Shown here: one piece after another, positions 29,280-39,119 of the stretch | Numbering within the stretch: position 1 is the first letter of the stretch | How the letters are laid out: every line of letters begins with the position of its first letter | NCBI GenBank assembly: GCA_963799845.1 | Contig: CAWCYI010000006.1 | Span: forward strand, 1,120,001-1,184,000 | Direction of reading: 5' to 3' | Length of the DNA stretch: 64,000 nucleotides | Source: an uncultured Nitrososphaerota archaeon | GTDB taxonomy: Archaea > Thermoproteota > Nitrososphaeria > Nitrososphaerales > CADDZS01 | Translations under genes and position numbers: made by a program | Notes under the pieces: generated by a model | Told to the model about the DNA's origin: nothing | Seen by the model: only the letters and a program-made list of their open reading frames with translations | The model's database searches: none

Positions 29280-30368
29280 TTACTTCATTTTGCCTCTGGC
29301 GGCGACCTTCCAGACGTTTTCTACATTCCCTTTTCGGAGAGCAATCATCTCGTCGTGCTGATTTATAAGCGTGCAACAGTGCTGTGGAATAGCTTGAACC
29401 CGGTCTCCCACCTTGAGGGATCTGCTCGGTCCCTTCAACGAAACATGACCGTGCTCTTCGGAGAATCCGTAAATTTGAGCGCCTTCAAGCCCAACGAGCC
29501 AAGGATAAGCACAGTGGTCGAAGTGAAACGCCTTGCTCCCCGCATCCAGTATGGCTCGATCCTCTGTCGGTTTGCTCATGACAGTTGATAGTAATGTTAG
29601 GGCACAATCGTCGATCGTGGCTACGTCTGCCTCTATCAAATTTATCGCGTTGAAAAGGTACATTCCAGGTTGAACCTCGGTAACCTCTGGTCGCTTGGCA
29701 TCTGTCCATGTACTGACCGAAGATCCTACGCTCGTGACTTTGATCTCGTGGCCTCGCCGTTTGATTTCTTTCTGGGCGATTGCAATCTGATCCATCGCCT
29801 CGTTTGGGATTTTTTCTCGCTCCTCTTTTGTTTTTCCACCCTTTGCGTGTCCATCATAGCCCATGATTCCGGTAAAGACAAGATTCTTCAGGCGTGCAAC
29901 CTTATCCGCCAAGTCTCCGGCTTCGATTGGGAGAACTCCACAGCGGTGAAGACCAACGTCAACATCCACTAACACTTTGATTTCTGTTCCAATTTCCGAA
30001 CAGGCTTTGGAAATTTCAACCGCGTTGTCGTAATTGTCAACAGCAACCTTGAGATCAATTCTGTCAGCGAGGCGAGCTAGTTTTGGGTACTTGTGATTCC
30101 CGACGACTTCATTTGTTATGAAAATGTCCGTGATCCCGTGATCGGCAAACACCTCCGCCTCGCTCAGCTTCTGGAGGCAGACTCCTTTTGCGCCCCCGTC
30201 GAGCTGCAACTTTGCAATCTCCGGAATCTTGTGAGTCTTTACGTGCGGTCTGAGATCAACATGGCATTCTCTTGTAAAGTTCGCCATCCTGCGCAGATTT
30301 CGTTCCATAATATCCATGTCTACGATCAGGGATGGAGTATCAAGGTCGTCTATGGTCTGGGTCGGCAT
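29280..30368 (-). CDS. DSD1/D-threonine aldolase-like PLP-dependent enzyme (alanine racemase fold)
   Basis: LDTPSLIVD, LRPHVKTHK (PLP Lys), GLHRCGV, SEEHG, IPQHCC. Confidence 0.88.
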   Translation of the reverse strand: MPTQTIDDLDTPSLIVDMDIMERNLRRMANFTRECHVDLRPHVKTHKIPEIAKLQLDGGAKGVCLQKLSEAEVFADHGITDIFITNEVVGNHKYPKLARLADRIDLKVAVDNYDNAVEISKACSEIGTEIKVLVDVDVGLHRCGVLPIEAGDLADKVARLKNLVFTGIMGYDGHAKGGKTKEEREKIPNEAMDQIAIAQKEIKRRGHEIKVTSVGSSVSTWTDAKRPEVTEVQPGMYLFNAINLIEADVATIDDCALTLLSTVMSKPTEDRAILDAGSKAFHFDHCAYPWLVGLEGAQIYGFSEEHGHVSLKGPSRSLKVGDRVQAIPQHCCTLINQHDEMIALRKGNVENVWKVAARGKMK

Positions 30369-30472
30369 TCATCAAGACTGTTCTTGCGGATGCTAATATT
30401 CTGATTGGATTACTCAAGAGAAAAGTAGAGCGGAGATATCTTCCGGAGACTGCTTACCCACTAATGGAGAAT

Positions 30473-31480
30473 TTACTTAAAATTCGGAAGGATTTTCTTC
30501 GCGAATGTTCTGATTCTTTTCTTGTCGGGGCCTGATGGGAGCACGATCTGGTCCACACCTATCTCTTTGTACCTGTGGATGAGTTCGACGACATCCGACC
30601 AGTCGGAGCAAAAGTTCGTACTCTTCAGGATGACATCGTCCGGCAGGTCGGCGCCCATGTGTCCGATCTTTCTCGGATCGGGCTCGGAGAGGGCGTTCTT
30701 TTTCAGATTGCCTGCGTACTGCTTGTGCGTTTTCAAATAAGTGTCAGGGTCTTCCAATGTAAAACTTACTGTCAGGATTTTTTCCATTTTATCTGGATCT
30801 TTGCCGACACTTCTCGCACCCCGATCAAAACTAGGAAATAATACGTCTCGACATTTCTCCAGAGGGTTTCGGGAACCGACAGTAATCAGACCGTCGCCAT
30901 ATCTGCCAGAGATCTCAGCAAATTTTTCGCCAACTGCTGAAAAGTAGATCTTCAGATCAGTTCTCGGTTTCGTGTATAGGAAAATCTGCTTCTCCCTGAA
31001 AAATGAGCCGTCGAAATCAAAGTAAGAAGCACTTGTCCATAATTTTCGCATTAGCAGGGTCCCTTCAACTAACCTTTGGGCCCTTTCCTTCCACGGCGGC
31101 CAACCCCCCGGAAGAAACATCGCTTCATTGACCGCTTCTCCTGTTCCCACCCCCAAGAGAAATCTTCCGGGATACATGTTGTCAAGGGTAGCGGAGGCCT
31201 GCGCAATTATGGCAGGATGATACCTGGCACCTATTGGAGTGGTCACGTAAGGTCCAATCTTAATTTTTCTTGATGCTTCGAGAGAGGACGCGATGAGCGA
31301 CCAAACGTAAGCAGAGCGGTTGCCACTATCCATCCAAGGCATGAAGTGGTCGCCCAGCCAAGCGACGTCGAACCCCAATCTTTCCGCGAGAACCATAGCA
31401 TCTCGGAATTCCGTTGGATCTTTCTCGTTTTCTCCAATGTCCAGTGAAATCTTCAATCCTGTTTTGGATTTCCTCGTCAT
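30473..31480 (-). CDS. LLM-class oxidoreductase, F420-dependent glucose-6-phosphate dehydrogenase-like
   Basis: GDHFMPW, RYHPAIIAQASATL, YPGRFLLGVGTGEAVNE match the Fgd-like subfamily. Confidence 0.85.
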   Translation of the reverse strand: MTRKSKTGLKISLDIGENEKDPTEFRDAMVLAERLGFDVAWLGDHFMPWMDSGNRSAYVWSLIASSLEASRKIKIGPYVTTPIGARYHPAIIAQASATLDNMYPGRFLLGVGTGEAVNEAMFLPGGWPPWKERAQRLVEGTLLMRKLWTSASYFDFDGSFFREKQIFLYTKPRTDLKIYFSAVGEKFAEISGRYGDGLITVGSRNPLEKCRDVLFPSFDRGARSVGKDPDKMEKILTVSFTLEDPDTYLKTHKQYAGNLKKNALSEPDPRKIGHMGADLPDDVILKSTNFCSDWSDVVELIHRYKEIGVDQIVLPSGPDKKRIRTFAKKILPNFK

Positions 31481-31503
31481 AAGAGGCTGCCAATAACTCG
31501 TAG

Positions 31504-31509
31504 TTTAAA
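31504..31509 (-). promoter_or_regulatory. Putative TATA box
   Basis: TTTAAA 24-29 bp upstream of ATG 31480, consistent with a near-leaderless transcript. Confidence 0.4.
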
Positions 31510-31607
31510 ACCAGATAAAATTGTTCCGAGTGTGTCTTGTGTGAACTGAAAAATTGACTTTTTGATTCCAAAAACTGTTTTTAGCCGATCGATTCTCTGC
31601 GGAGTTA

Positions 31608-32399
31608 ATGGTACAAGAAAATTCAGAAAATTTGCTAGAACAGATTGAAAATTCTACGAGCGTCGGTAGAGCAAGGATCTGGGGTCTAAGCGGGGCAGGA
31701 TTTGTTTTGCGCTATCGAGGTGATGTAGTTTACATCGATCCCTGGCTAGTTCCCCCTGACGCAAAGAGAACAACTCATCGGGCGTACCCCATCCCTTTCC
31801 CGCCGGAAAAAGTTCGGAAAGCCAATGCTGTGATTTCGACCCATGAGCACGCAGATCACTGTGATGTCCCAACCATCGCAGGAATCGTAAGGTCAACGGG
31901 TGCCGTTTTTATTGGACCAAAATCTGCGACGGACAAAGCAATCAACGGGGGACTATCATCTTCGAAAGCGATCACAGTTTCTCCCGGAATGAAACTCGAG
32001 ATTTCGCCATCCTTCAACGTTCGAGTCTTTAGCTCGAGTGACCCGTACGAGCCACAGGCGGTGATGATACTCTTGGAAACACCCACCGGAAATATTTTGC
32101 ACAGCGGAGACACGTCCTACTTCGGGGGATTCAAGGAAATTGGTGACAGCTACAGCGTCGATGTCGCTCTTCTGAATTTCGGGAAGCAAATTCCGAACCC
32201 AGAGAAACCGTACTACATGAACGCTCAGAAGCTGGCAATGGCTGCCAGAGACCTTCGAGCGAAGATTGTAGTTCCGATGCACTGGAACCTCTGGGAGGAA
32301 ACAAAGGAAGACCCCAGCTCGATCGAGCCGATTCTAAGAATAGAAAGTCCGGGCTCACAATTCAGGGTCGTAAATTTCGGGGAACTTCTTCAGGTCTGA
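31608..32399 (+). CDS. MBL-fold metallohydrolase (UlaG lactonase-like)
   Basis: IDPWL, STHEHADHCD, HSGDT, VVPMHWN. Confidence 0.85.
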   Translation: MVQENSENLLEQIENSTSVGRARIWGLSGAGFVLRYRGDVVYIDPWLVPPDAKRTTHRAYPIPFPPEKVRKANAVISTHEHADHCDVPTIAGIVRSTGAVFIGPKSATDKAINGGLSSSKAITVSPGMKLEISPSFNVRVFSSSDPYEPQAVMILLETPTGNILHSGDTSYFGGFKEIGDSYSVDVALLNFGKQIPNPEKPYYMNAQKLAMAARDLRAKIVVPMHWNLWEETKEDPSSIEPILRIESPGSQFRVVNFGELLQV

Positions 32400-32494
32400 A
32401 TGCGATTGTGACGAACTAATTGTGGTGAATTAATGTTTGGAATCCAGATGGTTCACTAAGACATAAAACTGTCCTGTAATGCTGTCATTTCAGT

Positions 32495-34840
32495 TTGGCC
32501 CAGCAGCAAATTTTCGAGACAGTGGAAAAACAGGTTGAAGTCGCAGAGTCCGCTCTCATCGTTGGTAAATCGCTGAAAAGGAGCGAGGATCCCAGGCTTG
32601 TCACCGGACAGGGCAGGTATGTTGATGACCTAAAGCTTCCGAATTTGCATAGCGCGATCGTGGTTCGCAGTCCGTACGCGCACGCGGCCATTAGAAAAAT
32701 CGATGCTTCGGATGCTCTCTCAGCTCCTGGCGTAAAACTGGTCATCACATCCAAAGATCTACCGGAAAACGTAGTCCTCCCCGTACTCGCGATGCCGGAC
32801 GGGCGGAAGATCCCGAGGCCCGTACTTGCAAGCAGGGAAGCCTGTTACTTCGGAGAAGCTGTTGCATTCGTTGTTGCGGATACCAAAGACCACGCTCTGG
32901 ATGCAGCTGAACTCGTCAAAGTTGAGTATCAACCACTCGGAGCCGCCGTCGACATGGAAAAAGCGATCGAAAAAGAAAGCCCGATCGCTCAGAGCTCACT
33001 TCAGAGCAATGTAGCACTTGTTGATCGTTTATCCTACGGCGACGTAGACCTCGCCTTCAAAAATGCATTCAAAACGGCGAAGGTCAAACAACTGAATCAG
33101 AGGCTAGCGCCGGCGCCCCTGGAACCGCGTGCCTGCCTTGCGGATTATTCGTCCGCTTCGGGGTTTCTGAATTTCTGGATTTCGACGCAATCCCCTTTCA
33201 GCGTGAGGTCCGGTCTATCTAACATCCTGCAGATTCCCGAAAACAAGATTCGGGTGATCGGACCCGAAGTGGGCGGCGGCTTTGGTGCGAAACTCGCGCT
33301 CTATCCCGAAGACCTACTTGTATGCATCGCTTCCATGAAACTGGGTCAACCGGTGAAGTGGATCGAAAGCAGGACCGAAAACTTTCAAACTATGACGCAC
33401 GGCAGGGGACAGATCCAGAACGTCGAGCTCGCGGCCGATGAAAAGGGAAAGATCCTTGGGCTGCGGGTAAAACTGATTGGTGATGCCGGCGCCTACCTCA
33501 CCGGCGACTCTTCCGACGTCACATTCACGATACGCATGATTGGCGGTTCGTACGTCATCCCAGCCTATGAAGGGGAGGCGACTGTCGTATTCACCAACAA
33601 AGTACTTCACGACTCCTATCGGGGCGCGGCGAGGCCGGAAGCAACCTTTGGCATTGAGAGGGCAATTGATGAACTGGCAAGGGTCATGGGAATGGATCCT
33701 GCGGAGATTAGGCTGATCAATTTCGTACCGAAAGATGCTTACCCATACGACATACGGACCGGTTTTAATTACGACAGCGGGGATTACGCCATGACTCTCC
33801 AGAAAGCTCTCGATCTGTCCGAATACGAAAAGTGGAGGGAGATGCAGCGTCAGGCAAGAAAGGATGGGAGGTTGATTGGAATCGGCCTAGTCAGCTACGT
33901 TGAGATCTGCGGCTTCGACCCCGACAGTCCGCAGACTGCCTCGATAACCGTAAGCGCTAGCGGAAGAGTGATGATCACAACTGGAACGTTTCCCCACGGT
34001 CAGGGTCATGAGACACCGTTTGCCCAGATCGTCTGCGACGTAATTGGTGCCCCGAGGGATAGCATCAGTGTCAGCTACGGCGATACCTCGCAGCTAGCCT
34101 GGGGGACGTTTACCGCGGGCAGTCGGTCGGCCTCTCTCGGAGGGACGGCCGTACTAATGTGTGCAAACAAAATCAGGGAGAAGATGGCACTCGTTGCGGC
34201 AAATAACCTCGGGACCAGCGCGGATGATCTCGTTTTCGAGTCGCAACTAGTACGTTCGAAAACAAATCCTGAGAAGAAACTAACCTTTCAGGAAGTCGCG
34301 TCTCTCTCGTACAAGCCTGCGAAACTACCCGAAGGAGTCGAGCCAGTCCTGTTCGCGTTCAGCGCGTTTGCACCGAAGAATTTCACATTCCCGTTCGGAA
34401 CGCACGTCGTCGTCGCCGAGATCGACAGGGACACGGGCAATCCGAAGATCCTGGAGTATACCTGCGTGGACGACTGCGGCAAGGTAATCAATCCGATGAT
34501 AGTTGAAGGGCAGATCCACGGCGGCATCGTCCAGGGTTTAGGGCAGGCAATGCTGGAGGGGATATCGTACGATGACAACGGGCAACTAATCACCAGCTCC
34601 TTCCTGGACTACCAGATTCCCCTGGCAGAAGACATACCCCTTTTCCATAATTACAGGACGGTGACGGCTTCGCCCTCCAATCCGCTCGGAGTAAAGGGAA
34701 TAGGTGAGGCGGGAGCTATCGCTTCAACCGCGGCGATCGCAAATGCTGTCTGTGATGCGCTGTCGAGCATTGGCACCACGGCGAGCGAGATGCCGTTCAC
34801 GCCGGGCTATCTATTCGAACTCATAAAGAAGGCCAGTTAA
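32495..34840 (+). CDS. Xanthine oxidase family molybdopterin-binding large subunit (CutA/CoxL-like aldehyde oxidoreductase)
   Basis: EDPRLVTGQGRYVDD, VGGGFGAK, SYRGAAR, HGQGHET, GQIHGG, KGIGE. Confidence 0.9.
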   Translation: MAQQQIFETVEKQVEVAESALIVGKSLKRSEDPRLVTGQGRYVDDLKLPNLHSAIVVRSPYAHAAIRKIDASDALSAPGVKLVITSKDLPENVVLPVLAMPDGRKIPRPVLASREACYFGEAVAFVVADTKDHALDAAELVKVEYQPLGAAVDMEKAIEKESPIAQSSLQSNVALVDRLSYGDVDLAFKNAFKTAKVKQLNQRLAPAPLEPRACLADYSSASGFLNFWISTQSPFSVRSGLSNILQIPENKIRVIGPEVGGGFGAKLALYPEDLLVCIASMKLGQPVKWIESRTENFQTMTHGRGQIQNVELAADEKGKILGLRVKLIGDAGAYLTGDSSDVTFTIRMIGGSYVIPAYEGEATVVFTNKVLHDSYRGAARPEATFGIERAIDELARVMGMDPAEIRLINFVPKDAYPYDIRTGFNYDSGDYAMTLQKALDLSEYEKWREMQRQARKDGRLIGIGLVSYVEICGFDPDSPQTASITVSASGRVMITTGTFPHGQGHETPFAQIVCDVIGAPRDSISVSYGDTSQLAWGTFTAGSRSASLGGTAVLMCANKIREKMALVAANNLGTSADDLVFESQLVRSKTNPEKKLTFQEVASLSYKPAKLPEGVEPVLFAFSAFAPKNFTFPFGTHVVVAEIDRDTGNPKILEYTCVDDCGKVINPMIVEGQIHGGIVQGLGQAMLEGISYDDNGQLITSSFLDYQIPLAEDIPLFHNYRTVTASPSNPLGVKGIGEAGAIASTAAIANAVCDALSSIGTTASEMPFTPGYLFELIKKAS

Positions 34841-34858
34841 TTCGGTCCCGAGAGAACC

Positions 34859-36202
34859 CTAATTTCTCCTCGTGACTTTCATCCTTATCCCGTTCTTCGG
34901 TCGCAGTGTAATTCTCGGCAGCATCTCTACTTTCTGAGCTTGGACGAGTGAAAGGTTCCAGCTCTGCGCCATTCGCGCGATTATCATGGCGCCCTCCATC
35001 CAAGCAAACGGCTCGCCCACACAGCCTCTGGGACCTCCGCCAAAGGGAAAGTATGCGAATTTCGGCAGCTCCACTCTGAAATCCTTCGTCCAGCGGTCGG
35101 GATCGAATTTCTCGGGATCTTTGAAGAATCGTCCATCGTGGTGAACAACGTACTGGCTCATGAGAACGTCTGTCCCCGCAGGAATTGAATATCCCCCGAT
35201 GATGCAGTCGTTCAACGCCTGTCTCGTGAGAATCCACGCAGGTGGATAGATTCGCATTCCTTCAGTCAGGACGTTTGTCGTGTAGGCAAGTTTAGGCACA
35301 TCTTCAAATGTCGGGACCTTATTCCCGAGAACAGCATCGACTTCCACCCGCAGTTTTCTCTCCACATCAGGATGTTGGGAGACCAAATACCACGTCCAGC
35401 TGAGAGCGTTGGCTGTCGTCTCGTGTCCAGCTGCGAAGAGTATGAGCGCTTCATCACGGATCTGCTTGTCCGACATTGCTTTACCGTCCGCGTCCCGCGC
35501 GCTCATCAGCATTGAGAGTAGATCGCCATAATCGTGTGGGTTTTTTTGCCTCTCTTCGATCATGCCGTAGACCATCCTGTCGACGGTTTCTACTGCCCGG
35601 CTGTACTTGCGATTGCTCGGTAGCTTTTCCAATAGCCACGCGAACGGACTGGAAAGTCGATTGAAGTATTCGATTATGTCGGTCAGGGATCCACTTATGG
35701 ACCTGGACTTTTCCTCCACGTCCTCGTTGAAAAGGCATTTTGCCACTATCGCCATCGTCAACTTGGTCATTTCTGCGTGGATATCCAGAACTTCTCCGCT
35801 GTGCCACGAGCTCAGGACTCGATCCGTGTATGCGGTCATGGTCTCGGCGTAAGCGGCGATTCTAGAGTGGTTGAAGGCCGGCTGCACGAGCCGCCGTTGT
35901 CGGTGGTGAAAATCTCCCTCGCTGGTCAAGAGGCCCTCGCCGAAGACTTTCTTTGTCCTCTGGAGGAAATCTCCCTTTACAAAATTCTTGTGCTGGTTTA
36001 CAAGTATTTCCTGGATGAGATCAGGCTCGCTCACCAGATAAAAGTCAAACAGGGGAGACTTGAGCTGCGCCATCTCGCGGTGTTTCTTTGCAATTTTGCT
36101 AACGGTAGAGGTAACGCTGGTGCTTGGAACCACAACCGATCTCGGAGGTTTTTTCCCAACCACATCCGGTTTCTTGATCTGCTCTTCGTGTACGGTTCCC
36201 AA
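34859..36202 (-). CDS. Cytochrome P450
   Basis: AGHETT (I-helix), EGMR (ExxR), FDPDRW, FGGGPRGCVG heme ligand. Confidence 0.95.
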   Translation of the reverse strand: MGTVHEEQIKKPDVVGKKPPRSVVVPSTSVTSTVSKIAKKHREMAQLKSPLFDFYLVSEPDLIQEILVNQHKNFVKGDFLQRTKKVFGEGLLTSEGDFHHRQRRLVQPAFNHSRIAAYAETMTAYTDRVLSSWHSGEVLDIHAEMTKLTMAIVAKCLFNEDVEEKSRSISGSLTDIIEYFNRLSSPFAWLLEKLPSNRKYSRAVETVDRMVYGMIEERQKNPHDYGDLLSMLMSARDADGKAMSDKQIRDEALILFAAGHETTANALSWTWYLVSQHPDVERKLRVEVDAVLGNKVPTFEDVPKLAYTTNVLTEGMRIYPPAWILTRQALNDCIIGGYSIPAGTDVLMSQYVVHHDGRFFKDPEKFDPDRWTKDFRVELPKFAYFPFGGGPRGCVGEPFAWMEGAMIIARMAQSWNLSLVQAQKVEMLPRITLRPKNGIRMKVTRRN

Positions 36203-36245
36203 TTCAACTCAGATCCGCGAAATTAGATAGAGACTAAATCGGCAT

Positions 36246-37067
36246 TTAGCTATTAATGAAGATTGGATGTATTCTCATGCCGTCCAGGTCGCAAAACTTT
36301 TTGCTTCTGGCTTCATCCTTGCTGTACTTTTTTCCGCATTTTGAGCAGCAGTAGATAACTTCCCTCGTCTTGGATTTGTGACGCAGTTCCGCTTTTAGAT
36401 CAGACACGGTCTTTACCATGAGGCAGGTTACGTACATCGACTTGAGCTGCGATAATTTCGACTTGAATAATTGCTCGTCATTCCTAGCAATGGTTGCGAA
36501 TGCTACGTCAATTACTGGGGTGACTGGATTGTATGGTTTGTCCTCATCTTTCATCCTGTTGATTCCCTCGGCGCGGATTTGCTTCGCCCTCTCGAACATT
36601 AGATCGATTGAGGTCTCGTCAATTTTGTTTGTCTGCATTTGAAACTGGGGATCGTAAATTGCTCGCTCGGACCAATTATGTTCTTTTATCTTCGCGTAAA
36701 CTACTGTCTCGAAATCGTCGTCGATCCGTTTCATCGCTTCCAGAAGGGCGTCCTTTTCCCGTGAGTGATATTCCGTCAGAATGTTCTGCAACTTTTCGAC
36801 ACTTGAGACCGTGTTGCAACGGAGGCCGATTCTCATTGTCGCGCCGTTTAGCCTCAGGTCGATGTGCGGGTCAGGTCGATTCTCGATTTCTTCCTTGCTT
36901 GTTTCGCCAGGCAGAGGGAGAGCGACCCAGTTCGAGTTCGACACGAGCGATACAATTTCCTCGTCTGGAATTTTCGGCAGTAAGTCTTGAAGTACGACCT
37001 CGGACAACCTGAAAAAAGGGATATAGTCGGATTTTCCGATCTGGATTTCCAAGTCGGAATTCTGCAA
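36246..37067 (-). CDS. Hypothetical protein with C-terminal zinc ribbon
   Basis: 273-aa ORF ending CCSKCG-x11-FCDLDG. Confidence 0.65.
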   Translation of the reverse strand: MQNSDLEIQIGKSDYIPFFRLSEVVLQDLLPKIPDEEIVSLVSNSNWVALPLPGETSKEEIENRPDPHIDLRLNGATMRIGLRCNTVSSVEKLQNILTEYHSREKDALLEAMKRIDDDFETVVYAKIKEHNWSERAIYDPQFQMQTNKIDETSIDLMFERAKQIRAEGINRMKDEDKPYNPVTPVIDVAFATIARNDEQLFKSKLSQLKSMYVTCLMVKTVSDLKAELRHKSKTREVIYCCSKCGKKYSKDEARSKKFCDLDGMRIHPIFINS

Positions 37068-37124
37068 TTCCTGTGTGCATAAATCTTTTAGTGGAATTAG
37101 TCGAGCCGGGTCTAAGCAGTAAGA

Positions 37125-37910
37125 GTGGTATTAAACCTGAAATCACGTGACCTCTTCGATCTCTCTGGCAAGTCTGCGCTTGTGACCGGGGGTGGAAGAG
37201 GAATAGGCAAGACGATGGCCACCGCGTTAGCTGAAGCCGGGGCCGATGTTGCAATCGCCTCGCGAAATCTAGAATCTTGCATTGAGGTCGCAGGAGAAAT
37301 ATCGAAGGCGACGGGAAAGACGGTTCTCCCGGGAAAGCTTAACGTGACAGACAGAGACAGTGTCCATGAGCTCGTAACTTCCGTAGAAAAAAAATTTGGG
37401 AAGATCGACATCCTCGTGAACAACAGCGGGTCGACCTGGGGAGCCCCATTTGAAGAGATGCCGTTTGACAAGTGGGAGCAGGTCATCAAAACAAACCTCA
37501 CTGGAACTTTTCTCGTGTCCCAAGCGGTCGTCCCGATAATGAAACGCGTCGGATGGGGGAGGATAATCAATGTGTCTTCGATCGTAGGACTGGTTGCGCC
37601 GCCGGATTTCATGAGCACCATTGGTTACACAGCGAGTAAAGGAGGCATCATTTCACTTACCAGGGAGCTCGCGGTGAAGCTGGCTAAAGACAATATTATT
37701 GTAAACGCGATCGCGCCGAGCTTCTTCCCGTCCAAGATGACGAGTGCCTTCGTGCAGAAGTTCGGAGACAAGATCAGGGATTCAAATCCCATGAAAAGGA
37801 TGGGCGAGGAGGACGATCTCAAGGGTGTAGTAGTCTTCCTCGCGTCGCAGGCAGCGAGTTACATCACCGGTCAGGTAATCGCGGTCGACGGTGGCTATAC
37901 CGCAACCTGA
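37125..37910 (+). CDS. Short-chain dehydrogenase/reductase (gluconate 5-dehydrogenase-like)
   Basis: TGGGRGIG, NNSG, YTASK, ITGQVIAVDGG. Confidence 0.9.
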   Translation: MVLNLKSRDLFDLSGKSALVTGGGRGIGKTMATALAEAGADVAIASRNLESCIEVAGEISKATGKTVLPGKLNVTDRDSVHELVTSVEKKFGKIDILVNNSGSTWGAPFEEMPFDKWEQVIKTNLTGTFLVSQAVVPIMKRVGWGRIINVSSIVGLVAPPDFMSTIGYTASKGGIISLTRELAVKLAKDNIIVNAIAPSFFPSKMTSAFVQKFGDKIRDSNPMKRMGEEDDLKGVVVFLASQAASYITGQVIAVDGGYTAT

Positions 37911-37939
37911 ATCGACTTTATGCGAAACCCTGCGAAAGC

Positions 37940-39067
37940 TCAATTCACTCTGTGCTTATCGACGTACGAATCATCGATTTCAATCCCGAGACCCGGCCCG
38001 TCGGGAATTTTCACGTACCCGTCCTTTGGTACTTCGATCGGTTTCTTCAACATCTTGTCATGTCCCCAGTTTAGGGCAGGAAGATCTATTCCATACTCGA
38101 CGAACGGCGCATTTGGAACAGATCCTATTAATTGCAGTGCCGCAGCGAGAGTGATCGCCGCGTCGAAGGAATGCGGAACAAACAGCTTGTTTGCTGCTTC
38201 GGCGAGAGCGGCGACCTTCTTCAACTGCAGGATTCCGCCCGACGCGCATACATCAGCCTGGATGATGTCAAAGCAGTCTCCGTCAATCAGTTCTTTGAAC
38301 CGGAAGAATCCGTTTTCGTCTTCTCCGCCTGCAATCTGGACGTCCACTTCTCTCGAAAGCCTCGCCAGATCTTCATGGGCTGCGTGATAAAGCGGCTCTT
38401 CCAGCCAGTAGACGTTCAGCTTTCCGAGTTCTCTCGCAGTTTCCAGAGCTCTTCTGTATGTCCAGAAGGGGCCGGAGAATGTCGCCGCCTGGTTTGCATC
38501 AACCATGATCTTCATCTCGTCCTGCACAGCATTCCTGACGGCCCTTATGGGCGCGACGTCTTTTTCCAGGTCTTCGCTGTGAATCCTGATTTTGATCGCT
38601 CTAAATCCCATCTCCAGATATTTCAGAGCGTCTGCGGCATGTTCCTCCGGAGTTTTCAGCATGCCCGTGCTTGCATACGCCATTACACGATCCTGGGCAC
38701 CGCCAAGCAGTTTGTGAATCGGCTTGTTACAGGCTTTTCCAATGGCGTCCCACATCGCCACCTCGACGCCCCAAAGATCTACCGTGTTCATGCTGTAGGT
38801 GATGCCGTTGAGAATACGGATGATTTTTTCAGTGCTGAAGAGATCGGTTCCCAGCACGAGATCTTTGAAGACTCGAGACTCTCCAACAATTTTGATTTCT
38901 GATCCGAATGAATTCTGCCAGCCGTAGCCTGTAATTCCTTCGTCGGCGTGGACTTTGATTAGAGTACCGTCGGCAGTTCTCTGCGTGACGTTAGGAAACC
39001 ACGCGGGATGGAACGGAGCGTCCAGTGGTAGGGAGACGGGAATGAATTCGACGGAGGAGATTTTCAA
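37940..39067 (-). CDS. Mandelate racemase/enolase superfamily enzyme (sugar-acid dehydratase-like)
   Basis: WDAIGK, KIRI, MVDAN, WLEEP, GGE, PHS, PDGPGLG. Confidence 0.9.
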   Translation of the reverse strand: MKISSVEFIPVSLPLDAPFHPAWFPNVTQRTADGTLIKVHADEGITGYGWQNSFGSEIKIVGESRVFKDLVLGTDLFSTEKIIRILNGITYSMNTVDLWGVEVAMWDAIGKACNKPIHKLLGGAQDRVMAYASTGMLKTPEEHAADALKYLEMGFRAIKIRIHSEDLEKDVAPIRAVRNAVQDEMKIMVDANQAATFSGPFWTYRRALETARELGKLNVYWLEEPLYHAAHEDLARLSREVDVQIAGGEDENGFFRFKELIDGDCFDIIQADVCASGGILQLKKVAALAEAANKLFVPHSFDAAITLAAALQLIGSVPNAPFVEYGIDLPALNWGHDKMLKKPIEVPKDGYVKIPDGPGLGIEIDDSYVDKHRVN

Positions 39068-39119
39068 ATTTTTTTTCGAAGTCAGATCAGGTGATTTTGA
39101 ATTTAATGCTTACAAGCCA

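Noticed and set aside
32495-34840. Aerobic CO dehydrogenase (form I coxL)
   Set aside because: Lacks AYxCSFR and has no coxMS or accessory genes nearby.
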